Positions 37,068 through 49,565 of a stretch of 64,000 bases of DNA are shown here, piece by piece. Source of the DNA: Eledone cirrhosa (Eukaryota); assembly GCA_964016885.1 (NCBI GenBank), contig OZ024740.1, positions 256,246,001 to 256,310,000 on the forward strand. Direction: 5' to 3'. Within the stretch, counting starts at the first letter, position 1; each line of letters begins with the position of its first letter. The position numbers were made by a program, and so were the translations under genes. A model generated the notes under the pieces. That model saw only the letters and a list, made by a program, of their open reading frames with translations, ran no database searches and was not told where the DNA came from.

Positions 37068-38813
37068 TTAATGTTCTATTGAGATTTCGATGATACTTAT
37101 GTTTGTCGGGAGAGTTCTTGGTGTTGGTGGGGTGGAGTAGTTTTTTTCTGTGATGTCTGTGTGCTGCTTTATATATTTTATGAGTTCTTTTTTTGCCATG
37201 TTTATGGCTGTGTACTTTTTGGGGGGAGGGGTGATTTTGTTGCTGCTTTCTTCTTGTTGCTGTTTGGTGTGTGTGTCTTGTGTTTGCGTTGTTGGTGTCT
37301 GTGGTGGTGATGGTGGTGGTGTTGCTGCAAGTTTCCTTGCTGCCTTTACCCCTCTATGTATGCCTTCGCTTTTGGAGGGTGAATCTAAGGGGTTTTTCCT
37401 TTTTTGTTTTTTGTGGCAGACCGTTTGCCACTTCACTCCCGCATCAAACGCAATGTCGGATTCTGTGGTGTCTGGGAGGGGTATGTGCTCCACGGCTGTT
37501 GGTGGTGGTAGTGGAGCCCTCTTCGGCAATTTTGTTGCTGGTGTAGCTACTTCAAATGTAGCTATTGGTGTTGCCGCTACTGATGATGCTGCTTTAGTTA
37601 TCCATGGCCTTGGTACGGGTGCTACGGACGTTGCCCTCCTACTCACCGTGGAAGGGGCTTCTTCGTTTGTTGCCTGCCCTGCTCTTGGTAGCAGCAGACC
37701 AGGTATTGGAAGGAGAGGGGCCTTCTTCGCTGTCTTCTGCGGGCAAAAGGCCCTGAGGTGACCTTTCGACCCACAGAGATAACATTTTGGCCATCTTCCT
37801 TCTACACTTATAGGGAGTTGGAGTCCTTCCTCGTTGTCTATGATATCGGGGATAGCCTCGATACATTCCTGGTCAGTTTGTATAAACATTTGCATGCCTA
37901 TACCTGACCAGTTCATTTTCCCTATTTTTTCTACTTGCAGCATGTTCTCGATTCCAGCAAGGACAGACGCGGCCAGCCAAGGTATGGGCACGTCGGGTGG
38001 GACCTGGGTCACTTTGACCCTCACAATTTTCTGCCCGCAGACTATCTCCTCACTCTTTAGGGTTTCCAAAGAGTGAGACTTTGCTTCCTGGGGGGTGGCG
38101 AAAAGTACGTCTACTGTGGCGTACTTTCTGCCTCGGGTGATGTGGGTTTTGCGTGCCCAGACGCACCCCAAGGCCTTTGGGATTTGAGCCTCCGTGGCTC
38201 TCTCCACTCGATGTGAGATTTTGCTTACGGTGCGGTAAGTCACCGTCCATAGCTGCTGGTCCTTGAAAAAATCGGGTGGAGGTTTCAGGGAAACTCTATT
38301 TGCGCTTCTTGTCACCATGGCCCTTGCGACTTCCATCTCCTCCTCTGTGAGTAACACTGTCTTGATATTTCGGGCGACACCTGCAAAAGAAGTGGTCCCT
38401 TTTTCAGCAGCACCACTATTGCTGCCGCTACTGGTCTTACTGGTGGTGCTGAGATCGCTATTACATGTATCGGTGTCATTGTTGTTTTTGGTGTTGTTGT
38501 TGTTGTTTTCGTTGATACTGTTGCTGTTGTTACTGTTATTGTGGCTGTTATTATTGTTGTTTTTGTTGATACTGTTCCTAATATTATTGTTGTTGTGGCT
38601 GTTGTTATTGTCATTTTTATTGTCGTTCTCGACCTTACCGGTGTTATTTTTGTTATTGTCGTTCCCGACCTTACCGCTGTTATTTTTGTTGTTGATGGTG
38701 TTGTTGTTGGTGTTATTGTTGGTGTTGTTTGTGTTAGAAATATTTAATTTTAAATCTGTAACAATCTTTTTTTCCTTTGTAATATTTTCGCTGGAACGCT
38801 GTCTTGTTGACAA
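37068..38813 (-). CDS. Tx1 ORF1 protein (581 aa open; the homologous end continues to about 36918)
   Basis: Poly-Asn N-terminus, TSFAGVA, CYLCGSKGHLRAFC knuckle, Pro/Thr-rich tail. Confidence 0.85.
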   Translation of the reverse strand: MSTRQRSSENITKEKKIVTDLKLNISNTNNTNNNTNNNTINNKNNSGKVGNDNNKNNTGKVENDNKNDNNNSHNNNNIRNSINKNNNNNSHNNSNNSNSINENNNNNTKNNNDTDTCNSDLSTTSKTSSGSNSGAAEKGTTSFAGVARNIKTVLLTEEEMEVARAMVTRSANRVSLKPPPDFFKDQQLWTVTYRTVSKISHRVERATEAQIPKALGCVWARKTHITRGRKYATVDVLFATPQEAKSHSLETLKSEEIVCGQKIVRVKVTQVPPDVPIPWLAASVLAGIENMLQVEKIGKMNWSGIGMQMFIQTDQECIEAIPDIIDNEEGLQLPISVEGRWPKCYLCGSKGHLRAFCPQKTAKKAPLLPIPGLLLPRAGQATNEEAPSTVSRRATSVAPVPRPWITKAASSVAATPIATFEVATPATKLPKRAPLPPPTAVEHIPLPDTTESDIAFDAGVKWQTVCHKKQKRKNPLDSPSKSEGIHRGVKAARKLAATPPPSPPQTPTTQTQDTHTKQQQEESSNKITPPPKKYTAINMAKKELIKYIKQHTDITEKNYSTPPTPRTLPTNISIIEISIEH

Positions 38814-39122
38814 GCTGTAAAAGTCTCCCTCTCTCTGTGTTGTCTGACAGCGCTCTCTCTCTTTCTTGTGTTATCCATGTACAAATTTTTCAAAAAAAAT
38901 ATATTTAGACAAATACGAATACGACACCCCGTAAAGGGGTGTCCTATTATTTACTAGTGAACTCCTGTATTAGGTGGGTCACTTCTTCTAAACTTTTATC
39001 AAATTTAAAACTTGAATAAAAGGTTGAAAACGAGGTAATTTAAAACTTGAATAAACGGTTGAAAACGAGGTAAAACGTTGAAAAAAACTGGAGGAGATAA
39101 GAAGCGTGGCTTCACCAACAAC

Positions 39123-39161
<39 letters not shown>

Positions 39162-39162
<1 letters not shown>

Positions 39163-41975
39163 TTTTCTTTATTAACCACAAGGGTTTACATAAAGTAGAC
39201 ATTAAGGACAGTACAGGACAATACAGGACGGTACAAATGGGCATTTCTGCGTGTAAAAAAACAGAGGTTGAAATAAAATAACAAAGAAAAATTCCCCAAT
39301 AGGGGGGAGACTTCCGAGGGACATTTGTGGAGAAAGCCCATTAAAAGACCACAGTGGCCCTGACCACCAGGGCAAGTGCCCTCTCCCAGTTTTCCACCTT
39401 TAATTTACAGACACATACTCAGAGAAGGCCCATTCATTCGGGCCATACTTGCTTCTCTCACCCATCTTTCAACAAAATGCTGGGAAGAGAGCACTTCCCT
39501 CTCTACCCTGATTTTCCTTTTCAAATGAAATTTGTAAAAGTTAATCAGGGCATCACCGAAGGGGTAAGTGCTCGTCTTCAGCACTTTCAAACGTGTCCAC
39601 CATACTATCTCTTTCGCCATGGCCACCAGACAGATAAAAACTGCCTGCCCTTCCCGGCTAAAGGAGAAGGGCGGGGCAATGCTCACGATGGACTCAGCTG
39701 ATAGCTGGATCCGTCCTACACGTGACAGCAGGTGTTCGACATAAACCCACAAGTCAGCAATGCTCGGAGACTGGACGAGTGCGTGCAGGACGGTTTCGTT
39801 GCCCTGTGCGCATATCGGACATGCCCGGCTGACGGCACCTCCATGCCTGTAGAGTTTATCCCGAACTGGCAAAGCTCCCCGGTAGCACTGCCAGGCCAGG
39901 GATTTCTGGAAGTTGTTCATAGGCCCCGGCCCGAAAGTCCTTCCGAAGAGATTGGCTAGTTGATTTTCGTCGACGCCTAGAGTTTCTCCAAGTACGTCGT
40001 CGCTCTTTCCCTCCACTAATCCCCTATAGAACGCCAAGGTGGAGTTTCCACCGATCACATTGCCCGATTGGTCGACGGCTGTGAGCGCCTGAAGACATTC
40101 CAGTCTCCAAGCGCTCCCTCTCGGTCTTCGCTTGACCCAGGACTGTAGCTCCGTCAAGGAGACGAGCTGGGGAAAAACGTGTCTAGCAAACGGCGACCAC
40201 ACCTGATCGCCGTCGAGGAAGAGGTGGAGATGTCGTAGCCTGAGCGCGTGTCTGCGCATCATCAGCCACGGCATGCCCAGCCCTCCACGTAGCGGGTGTT
40301 GACAGCAGATGAACCGCCTGACCATCGGAGCGCGTCCCTTCCACAAGAAGCGAAAGAGCAAACGCTCCAGCGCAGTCAGACGAGGCTTAGGACAAGGTAC
40401 GACGGTCAAGCGGGAGTAGATGACGGACGCGATGTACACGTTAGCCACCTCCGCTCGACCTTTCAGGGATAGCTTCCTCTCCGCCCATTTCTGGGTGAGA
40501 GAAGCCACCCTGCTCGCCACCTCGTCCCAGTTTTTATCCGTTTGGAGGTCCGGACCGAACCAGACCTCTAGCAATTTAACCGATCCGTCTGTCCAGCGCC
40601 CGATGACGCTGCTGGACGGCATGGACCTGCCTCTCCAGGTGCCGAGCTGCAGGCCCACTGACTTTTCCTGGTTGATCATTGCTCCTGTCACCGCTTCGAA
40701 TTCTCTTAGTGTAGTGCCGATCGCCTCGATGTGTTTGGCGTTCGACACCACTACGGTGAGATCGTCTGCATATGCTGACACGGATCTTCCGCATCATATT
40801 TTGCGCGGAACCCCCCCCCCCCCTCAACGTCTCCAGTTTGTGCAGTAATGGCTCGAGAGTCAATACGTACAAGAGGGACGAGAGGGGACATCCCTGGCGG
40901 ACCGAGCGCATGATGTTGAATGTTTCCGAAAGGTGACCGTTCACTCTCACCACAGAGCAGATGTCGCTGTGCATGGCAGCTATCCAGCCTCTGAAGACGG
41001 GCCCAAAGCCAGCCGCCCTCAGTACTGCCGCTAGGTAACGATGGTCGACCCTATCGAAAGCTTTCGATTGATCTAAATTGATCAAGGACCCACCCGTGCC
41101 AGGTTCCCTAGCTACCCTCTCTACGATGTATCGCATAAGGTGGAGGTTGTCGTGGATGGATCTGTCGGGAATGGCGCACGTCTGCGCCTCTCCCACCAGA
41201 CCACCAACGACAAGCGCCAACCTCTTTGCTAGCACCTTGGCCAAAATCTTGAACTCTGTGTTTAGCAGAGTTATGGACCTAAAATTATCTATGTTATGCC
41301 CCCTTGTTCGGATCCTTTCTCAGCAGCGCCACCGCTCCTCGGTTCACAGAGCTGGGAATTCTCCCGTTCTGTTGCCAGTTGCAGTAGACATCCGCCAAGA
41401 GGCCTCCGAACGAGTCTGGCGTCTGTACGTAAAGTTCATAGGGCAGACCATCCAAACCAGGCGATTTACCCCTTGTGCAGCCAGTCATTGCCTCCCGTAC
41501 TTCAGCGGCTGTTATCGGCTTTTCGCAACACTCCGCCTCAGTTGCCGAGAGCCGCGGCAGTCCGTCGAGGTAGACACTAAAGTCCATCCCTCGATTCGGC
41601 CCGCCGCTGCCCCCGAACAGCTGGGCGAAGTGTCGCTTGAAAGCTCAACACATTTGCCCGGGATCGATAAGCATGCGCCCATCGTGGTTCACCAAAAACC
41701 GGATCGTGGCTTTGTTGCCACGACGCGCCTCCGCCTCTCGGGCCCATTGAAAGGCTTTCGTCCCCTCGTGTCTGAGAGCACGCACCCTAGCTCTGACAAC
41801 GCAGCCTTCGTGCTTTGCATTGAAGAATTGGTCAAGGGCCAATTTCGCCGCAAGTACGTCGGTCGCGATCCCTTTGCTAAGCGCCTCGTCTAATTTTCTA
41901 ACTAATTCTCCCTCTGCTCTATTTTTCTCTATTGCTAAATCCTTACTAAATCTAATGGACTCTATTCTAATTGCT
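39162..41975 (-). mobile_element. Tx1-clade LINE copy 5, 5'-truncated
   Basis: RT and C-terminus (458-aa open segment 39405-40781); 3'UTR nearly identical to copy 4. Confidence 0.95.
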
Positions 41976-42053
41976 ACTGTTATCCTAAGGCCTAACTCAT
42001 TTAGGTAGAAGCTAAGTCTTATATATATATATATTTATTTATATATATATAAA

Positions 42054-42259
42054 GGTAGAACACTTGAAGGTAATATCCATAGTGGTAGAACACGTAGCCC
42101 ATGGGACGAGTTTGGTAGAAGTAGTAACACAACAGTTAGTTCACCATACCGAGAACAATTGTTTCACCTTATATGGATCTTCTGTACGAGCTGAAAATCC
42201 GCATTAGGTGAAACAATTGTTCCCGGTATGGAGAACTAACTTTTGTGTTACTACTTCTA
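42054..42259. mobile_element. Miniature fold-back derivative of the PLE at 43826-45906
   Basis: Inverted arms 42116-42184 and 42187-42259 match the PLE termini, including the HHR; same one-sided extension of about 60 bp; (TA)n flanks. Confidence 0.85.
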
Positions 42260-42377
42260 TATATATATATATTTGTGTGTGTGTCTGCAAGAGATGTCAA
42301 TATGAATGGACCTATTATTTTTATCTAAAGACATTTTTTACAGTTCCAACAAGCTCGTCTCTTTAATCTATTTTATT

Positions 42378-42413
42378 TCTTCTGGTGAAGGACTAGCGTC
42401 CGAAACGTGAAGA
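42378..42413 (+). ncRNA. Degenerate minimal hammerhead
   Basis: TCTT-CTGGTGA-A-GGAC/GTCC-GAAACGT-G-AAGA; two core substitutions, probably inactive. Confidence 0.55.
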
Positions 42414-44288
42414 CCCTCTTCCTGCTATATCAAGCGTTAACCTAATATATACCTTCCATATACTGTACCGATTGTGTTGTTATTTCTGTTTACCTTTTAT
42501 ATATATATAGCTGCCTCCTCTCTAGCCTATTTTCATACACAATCCTTAGAATTTGCTGTATAGAATTCACTTTCAATGCTTGACCGCTCCACCCAATCCC
42601 TCATTGTTCTACAGGCAAGTTCAGCCACCCCCACCTACCACCCACCACCATGAAAGATTTAATTGTGTTTACAAGAAATTTTGACCAATCCTTTTGACAA
42701 TTACAATCTTCCCATATGAGAAATTACCCCTGGAAAATTCGGCTATTTATTTACCACGCTAAAGATTCTAATTTAGTCCAGAAATAGCCGTCGAAACGGC
42801 TTGAGCTCTGCCGTCGGGGTCAAACATTTTCCTATTACCCACTCTACTAGCCTAAGTATTGAGTACTCTGGTGCGTTATGGTCCATCTGGCTCCTTACCG
42901 CACGTTCGTTTTATATATATATATATATAGAGAGAGAGAGGGGGGTGATCAGAGAGAGTGGGAGAGAGATTGAGAGAGAGGTGAGTGTGCGTGAGAGAGA
43001 CAGGTGTGTGTTTAAAATGTAAGATTAAATAAAAATGTTCATTTGTTTCTGTAATGAAGTGGGGAGGTGTGAGCTGGTAATAGCGACTGAAAGAGGCGTT
43101 GCCAACTGTAGTTGATTACACCATAAATTACGACCTATTGCATTAAAAAAAAATCTTTAACCCTTCCATGCTTCTCCTTTCTATGTCTATTTTTACTCTC
43201 TCTCCCTCTCTCACATGCTCTTTTCCCATCTCTCTTTCTCACGCGCGCGCGCGCGTGTGTGTGTGTGTGTGTGTGTGTGTGCAATAGAAGTTGTTTTGGT
43301 AAAAACAGGAGTAAGCAAGTGAAAGCTCTCTACATTCGTAGTGTGTAGTTGCGATGAAAATTCAGCCTGGCCCACAAGAAGAAGGGCATATCTTTCGCCT
43401 GCGGCATATCACAAAATCGGATTTTCGTCTGAAGATACAATTCCCATAACAACAACAAATGCAAGCATCATGGATTGCATAAGGGAACCGCTGAAATGAT
43501 TATAATGAATAAACGTATGTGTATATATATGTATATATATATATATATATAAAATATTTTATAAATATTTGACATAACCAAGGATAATATACCTTAACGG
43601 TTCAAGTTATCATTGGACTATATATGATAGCGTACCAACATTTTGGTACCTTTGAAATATATATAATAGAATAAATATGGTTTTATAAATATAGTTTCCA
43701 TTTGTTTAATATCATTGAATATTATACTCCAGAAAACTTGTCGAATGCTCTAAATCAGTTATAAACATTTATATTTGTTGAATTACCAACAAATTGAATA
43801 TCCCTTCTGCTTATATATATATATAGTGGTGGAACACTGGAAGGTAATATCCGTAGTGGTAGAGCACTCAGTCCAAGGGACGAGTTTGGTAGAAGTGGTT
43901 ACACAACAGTTAGTTCACCATACCGAGAACAATTGTTTCACTTTCGCGGATCTTCAGCTCGGGAAGTGTATGGTTATAGGAACAGGAAGGACAACCGTAC
44001 CAACGCGCATGCGCAGAAACTCGGTCACTTCGCACAGGCAATACGAGACTGCGTACGGGAGGTGTAAGGGAGATAACTGCGAAAGTCCGGAAAGTTTTTA
44101 GGTTGAAAATAAAATAAAAAATAAAAAATAAAATTACAAAGAATCAGTCCGTGTTTAGGCAATCACTATTGCGAAATCTCTTTAGGATAGTTATTCGTTC
44201 GTCAATACATAAGCCACACGTCGGATTTCCCCTTGCGTATGGCTTGGACTTAGTGATGGCTTTGCATTGAAAGCGAAGTTCACACAGT

Positions 44289-45651
44289 TTGACATTGTCG
44301 ATTTTTACCCGTCGATCTCAGAGACCGTTAAACAAAGCGTTGGACTTCGCTACCACTTATACCACCGTTGATGGTTTCGACATGGAAATCATCGCTCACT
44401 GCCGGAAAAAACGCCTCTTCAACTACGGAGTAACCTGGGCAAAGAAGTCTACATCTTCAGACCTGTTCGACGTCTCCATGGGATCGTTTGACAGTGCTGA
44501 CGTATGCGATTTGGTTGGCCTTTTTATCTTAGATATATTACGTGTTAGATTCCCGGACTTCCACACGGGCATATACCGTGACGATGGACTGACTTTATCG
44601 AGCCATAAAAGTGGTCACGACCTCGACCGGTTTAAAAAAGACTTAGCTTCCACCTTCAATGAGTTAGGCCTTAGCATAACAGTAGCCACCAACCTCTCTA
44701 GCGTAGATTTCTTAGACATTAATTTAGACCTTCGCACACACACCCACAGACCCTTCCATAAGCTAAACGAGAAACTAAATTACATTCACAAGGACTCATA
44801 CCACCCTCCCACTGTTTTGAGAAACTTCGTTAAGAATATCAGTACTAGAATCTCAAACCTCTCCTCTAATAAGGCTATCTTTGACAGGGCGGCACCCTAC
44901 TATAACACGGCGTTGGCTAACATCAGCTTCTCACAACCTATCACCTACTCTCCCACTAGCAACAACACCATTAAGAAAAGTAAGCGCATCAATAGACAAA
45001 CTATCTGGTTCTCTCCTCCCTTCTCACTCAACGTTAAAACCAATGTAGGAAAAACATTTCTAGCCCTCTTAGATAGACACTTCCCCATAGGTCATAAATA
45101 CCGCTCCATCTTTAACTGACACAAAGTTAAACTAGGTTACTCCTGCGCTAAGAACATGAAGGCCCACATCACCAGCAGCCCTAGGAGCAACACCCCACCA
45201 GGTGCTCTTGCCGTAAGCCTGAAGCTTGCCCCCTTCAACAGCAATGCAACACACCAGCTGTAATTTATGAAGCTGTGGTCACTTCCAACCGACCAAACGA
45301 ACCACAGGAGGTCAAATCCTATATGGGCATGGCGGAGGACCGATTCAAGGAGCGTTTCCTGAACCCCAGTCTACCTTCAGATACCCGGACAGACGTTCAT
45401 CCACCAAACTCGCGAGCCACGTATGGTCCCTCAAGGACTTAAGTATAAGCTACTTCATTCAAGGGAAAGCCATCACTGAGTCCAAGCAATACGCAAGGGG
45501 AAATCCGACGTGTGGCTTATGTATTGACGAACGAAGAACTATCCTAAAGAGATTACGCAATAGTGATTGCCTAAACACGAGAAGTGAATTTTTCACACGT
45601 TGTCCACACGTCTCCAAACATATATTGCATAAATACAAGACTCCGGACTGA
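44289..45651 (+). pseudogene. PLE RT plus GIY-YIG endonuclease, disrupted
   Basis: FDVSMGSFDSADVCDLVG, GIYRDDGL, FLD, YIHKDSYHPP, WFSPPFS; downstream CSC..CPL...C, VIY...YMG. Confidence 0.9.
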
Positions 45652-45834
45652 TTCTTTGTAATTTTATTTTTAATTTTTTTATTTTATTTTCAACCTAAAA
45701 ACTTCCCAGACTTTCGCAGTTATCTCCCTTACACCTCCCGCACGCAGTCTAGTATTGCCTGTGTGAAGTGACCGAGTTTCTGCGCATGCACGTTCGTACG
45801 GTTGTTCTTTCTGTTCCTATAATCATACACAGCC

Positions 45835-45872
45835 CGAGCTGATGATCTGCGAAGGTGAAACAATTGTTCTCG
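45835..45872 (+). ncRNA. Minimal type I hammerhead in the PLE terminal repeat (mirror copy on minus strand, 43923-43962)
   Basis: CGAG-CTGATGA-tctgcgaaggt-GAAAC-AATT-GTT-CTCG with palindromic stem III. Confidence 0.85.
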
Positions 45873-45919
45873 TTATGGTGAACTAACTGTTGTGTAACCA
45901 CTTCTATATATATATATAA

Positions 45920-46108
45920 TTGTTTCTACTTTAGGCACAAGGCCAGCACATACCCAGTATATTACTGGTACGTTATTTTATCGACTCCCCTAAGGATGAA
46001 AGGCAAAGTTAACCTCGGCGGCATTTGAACTCAGACCATAAAGGGCCGTAACTCTTTGCTGCAAAGCATGGCGTCCTACCCTCTACCGACACTACCAATC
46101 CACCGCCC
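45920..46108 (-). mobile_element. Deu/Nin-core SINE copy
   Basis: Full head, core and tail. Confidence 0.85.
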
Positions 46109-46110
46109 TA

Positions 46111-46160
<50 letters not shown>

Positions 46161-46166
<6 letters not shown>

Positions 46167-46770
46167 AATATGGGGAGAAGATTACTGCATGGTTGCACAT
46201 GGATTACAAGTTATAAAATGAGTCCCTCATCAGTGATTTGCCAACGATCATTGGTATTTCATTGCATTAAAAATCATATACCTCACGTTGGTGCAATAAT
46301 AACTAAAATAAGTTATTAGGACAATTGAAACGCGTAAAGCGAGTGAGACAAGTAAACAACACAGGGGAAAGCTAACCGAAGATAGAAAGAAACACAAGCT
46401 ACATGGTTATTCTGTCAGCATAAGCTGGGTGAATATATGAGCGAGCAAGAAATAGACCTTCCGCTAGTGAATCCGATGTAAGAAAGAAGGAAGATCGTTT
46501 TCGTAGCGAACGGGGGGAAGTGAGAAGGGGAGAAACAGAGAGTGAGTGAGTGGAAGTGCGAGGAAGAGGTCAGTAGAGAGAAAGTGTTAACTGACATGAC
46601 AGAGGGGACGAAAGAAAGTAAGAGAAACAGAGAGAACGAGGGAGCAGTAAGAGAGAAATAGAGAAACACAGAATCGCAGTTTAGGTAAATATATGTGAAA
46701 AATATGGGGAGAAGAATACTGCATGGTTGCACATGGATTACAAGTTATAAAATGAGTCCCTCACCAGTGA
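46161..46770 (-). mobile_element. Non-coding retrozyme-like element, family B (534-bp period, about 75-bp terminal direct repeat)
   Basis: 46161-46236 is repeated at 46695-46770; (TA)n on both sides; permuted HHR. Confidence 0.7.
46222..46322 (-). ncRNA. Strand-permuted hammerhead-like RNA, family B
   Basis: GGTAT-A-TGATTT-ttaatgcaat-GAA-ATACC-aatgatcgttggc-AAATCA-CTGATGA-gggac; predicted cut 46277/46276. Confidence 0.8.
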
Positions 46771-47092
<322 letters not shown>

Positions 47093-47408
47093 TGATGATG
47101 ATGGCTGCCCCCTCGTTATCGAGTATGGCCATTGCACGAGAAAAAAAAAAAAAAAAAGACAAAAAAGAAAAAAAGAAATATATATATATATACATATACA
47201 CACACACATATATATATATACACGCATACATATATATATATACACGCATACATATATATATATACACACATATACATTAATAACAATAACAATAATAATA
47301 ATAATAATAATAACAACAATAATAATAACGACAACAACAATAATAATAATATACATATACATATATATATATACACACACACACACACACGCACACGCAT
47401 AAACATAT

Positions 47409-49565
47409 CTATACACACACGATAGCAACTAACAGCGCAGCGATCGAATGTGGCCCAGCCAATGATCTAAAATGTCTTGCACAGAGTCGGCAACCAAAAT
47501 ATTCACTGGGAATAGTCGGCTGTGGTTGGAGTTCATGTACTTTTGCATGTCGCTTGAGCCCTCCTGCTGATTTACATTCTCTACCACATGCTTGGCAAGC
47601 ACGATGAGTAGCATCCCCAACAGCAACCTGGTAGTCAACCACTGGGCTTACTTTATGACTGCGAAGATGACTTTCGAGTCCAGCTTTGCTTAGGCAGAGT
47701 CTCGCACAGACGCTGCATGTCAGCACCATAGGAGGACCCTCGCCGTCTGGAAGTGCAACAGCAATGCCCTTCCTCACATCCCGCTTTACTTTCTCGTATG
47801 CGATTCGAGATGCCTCAAAGGCAACTTTTCCCTCATATACAGTCTTTCTCCATTTATTACGATCAGCAGCAATATTCTCCCATGTATCAGCAGAGATGTT
47901 AGCGTCTTTCAAAGAGGCTTTCAAGGAATCCTTATACCTCTTTTTTGGTTTATGTGGCGGTCGTTTTCCTTTAACCAACTCTCCATAAAAGAGTTGTTTT
48001 GGTATTCTCGAATCCTTCATCCTGGCAAGGTGACCACTCCAACGGAGTCGTTGCTTAAGCACAAGAGCTTCTATACTGTCACACATAGAGCTTTCCAAAA
48101 TATCGACATCACTGATGTGGTCCCCCCAGTGAACGCCATGGATCCGTCTGAGACACATCTGATGGAAACGCTCCAACTGCTTAAGGTGGTGTCGATATGT
48201 GACCCAGGTCTCGCAGTCATAAAGAAGACAAGAGAGCACACATGCCTTGTACACCTTTACCTTTGTCCTCCTGCATATGTCTCGCCGACCCCAGAGTCGC
48301 CTTTCTAGCTCTCCGAAAGCATCACTTACTTTCCTAATCCTAAGTGAGATTTCACTATCAAGGTTGCTGTATCGATTGACAGTGCTTCCCAGGTAGACAA
48401 ACTGATCAACCACTCCAAGTCGTTTACCGTACACATAGATATTTGGTTCAGTGTACTGCTTACCAGGGGCAGGTTGGTACATGACGACGGTTTTCTTGAG
48501 ACTGACAGTCAATCCTAGGGCAGTGCAAGCGTCAGAAAATGCATTCAAAATGTGCTGCATATCACTCTCTGTATGCGCTACAAGATCGCAATCATCTGCA
48601 TACAAGAGGTCTCTTATGATTGATGTAAATACTTTTGTCTTTGCAGCAAAGCGCCTGATGTTAAATATGCTGCCTGAGGTTCGATATCGGATGTAAACAC
48701 CATGCTCGCAATTCCTGAATGCAATACAGAAAACCATTTTAAAGTATATGGAAAACAGGGTCGGTGCTGGAATATCCCCCTGTTTCACTCCATTCTTTAC
48801 TGAGATAGGCTCCGACATGTTACCTCCGACATTAACCCAAGCCTTCATGTCATCATGGAAAGACCTAACTAAAGTAAGGAACTTATCAGGGCAACCAAGT
48901 TTCTGGAGAACCTTCCATAATGCATCTCTGTTAACAGCATCGAAAGCTTTTGTCAGATCGACAAAAACCTGATACAGATCCAAATCTTGTTCCATGCACT
49001 TCACCTGGAGCTGTCTAGCTGAGACGATCATATCAGTAGTACCGCGTCCAGCACGAAAACCAGATTGACTTTCAGGAAGAACACAATCTGCAATGTGTGT
49101 CAGCAGACGGTCCAGAAGCACCCTACATAAAACTTTCCCTATGACAGAAAGCAATGATATCCTGCCAAACAAAGAGTGAAGATATTGCAGGAATCTCTCA
49201 ACCCCATAATGTAGGAGCTCAGCATGTATGCCATCCATACCTGAAGACCTTCCACTGTTCAGCTTCGAGATAGCCACTGCAACCTCCACAAGCGTCGGAG
49301 GTTCTGCGAGAGCTACTTTCACAGGACTTTCTGGAATGAGATTGAGGAAATCTTCACTGACGACAGACGGCTGATTCAAAAGATCATCAAAGTGCTCTCG
49401 CCACCTTCGTAGAATTCCTTGTGAGTCACGAAGAAGTTCTTTGCCATCCTTGCTGCGAAGCGGTGTCACCAGAGAAGAAGACGGTCCATAAACCTCACGC
49501 AAGAGACTGTACAACAGCTTTGTGTTATTGGAATCTGACGCAGTTTGTATCTCACCAGCCTTCAC
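47409..49565 (-). pseudogene. RTE RT with C-terminal C2H2-like fingers
   Basis: LPESQSGFR, FVDLTKAFD, GVKQG, LLYADD, FVYLGS, RLRWSGH, RIPKQLFYGEL. Confidence 0.9.

Larger units (their letters stand above)
33055..39116 (-). mobile_element. Tx1-clade LINE copy 4, full length (about 6.1 kb including the SINE insertion)
   Basis: Complete architecture with (AAT)n at both ends. Confidence 0.95.
43826..45906 (+). mobile_element. Penelope-like element (Naiad-like), 5'-truncated, with inverted pseudo-LTRs
   Basis: Inverted repeats of about 262 bp at 43890-44151 and 45644-45906; RT plus GIY-YIG; (TA)n flanks. Confidence 0.9.

Noticed and set aside
32028-38820. Hydrophobic Leu/Val-rich plus-strand ORFs resembling membrane proteins
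   Set aside because: Antisense shadows of the AAC-rich Tx1 ORF1 and of ORF2.
45117-45119. In-frame TGA in the Naiad-like PLE as possible selenocysteine
   Set aside because: It falls at a non-cysteine position (FN*HKVKL) and is best explained by CGA>TGA decay; the zinc-finger cysteines downstream are ordinary TGC codons.
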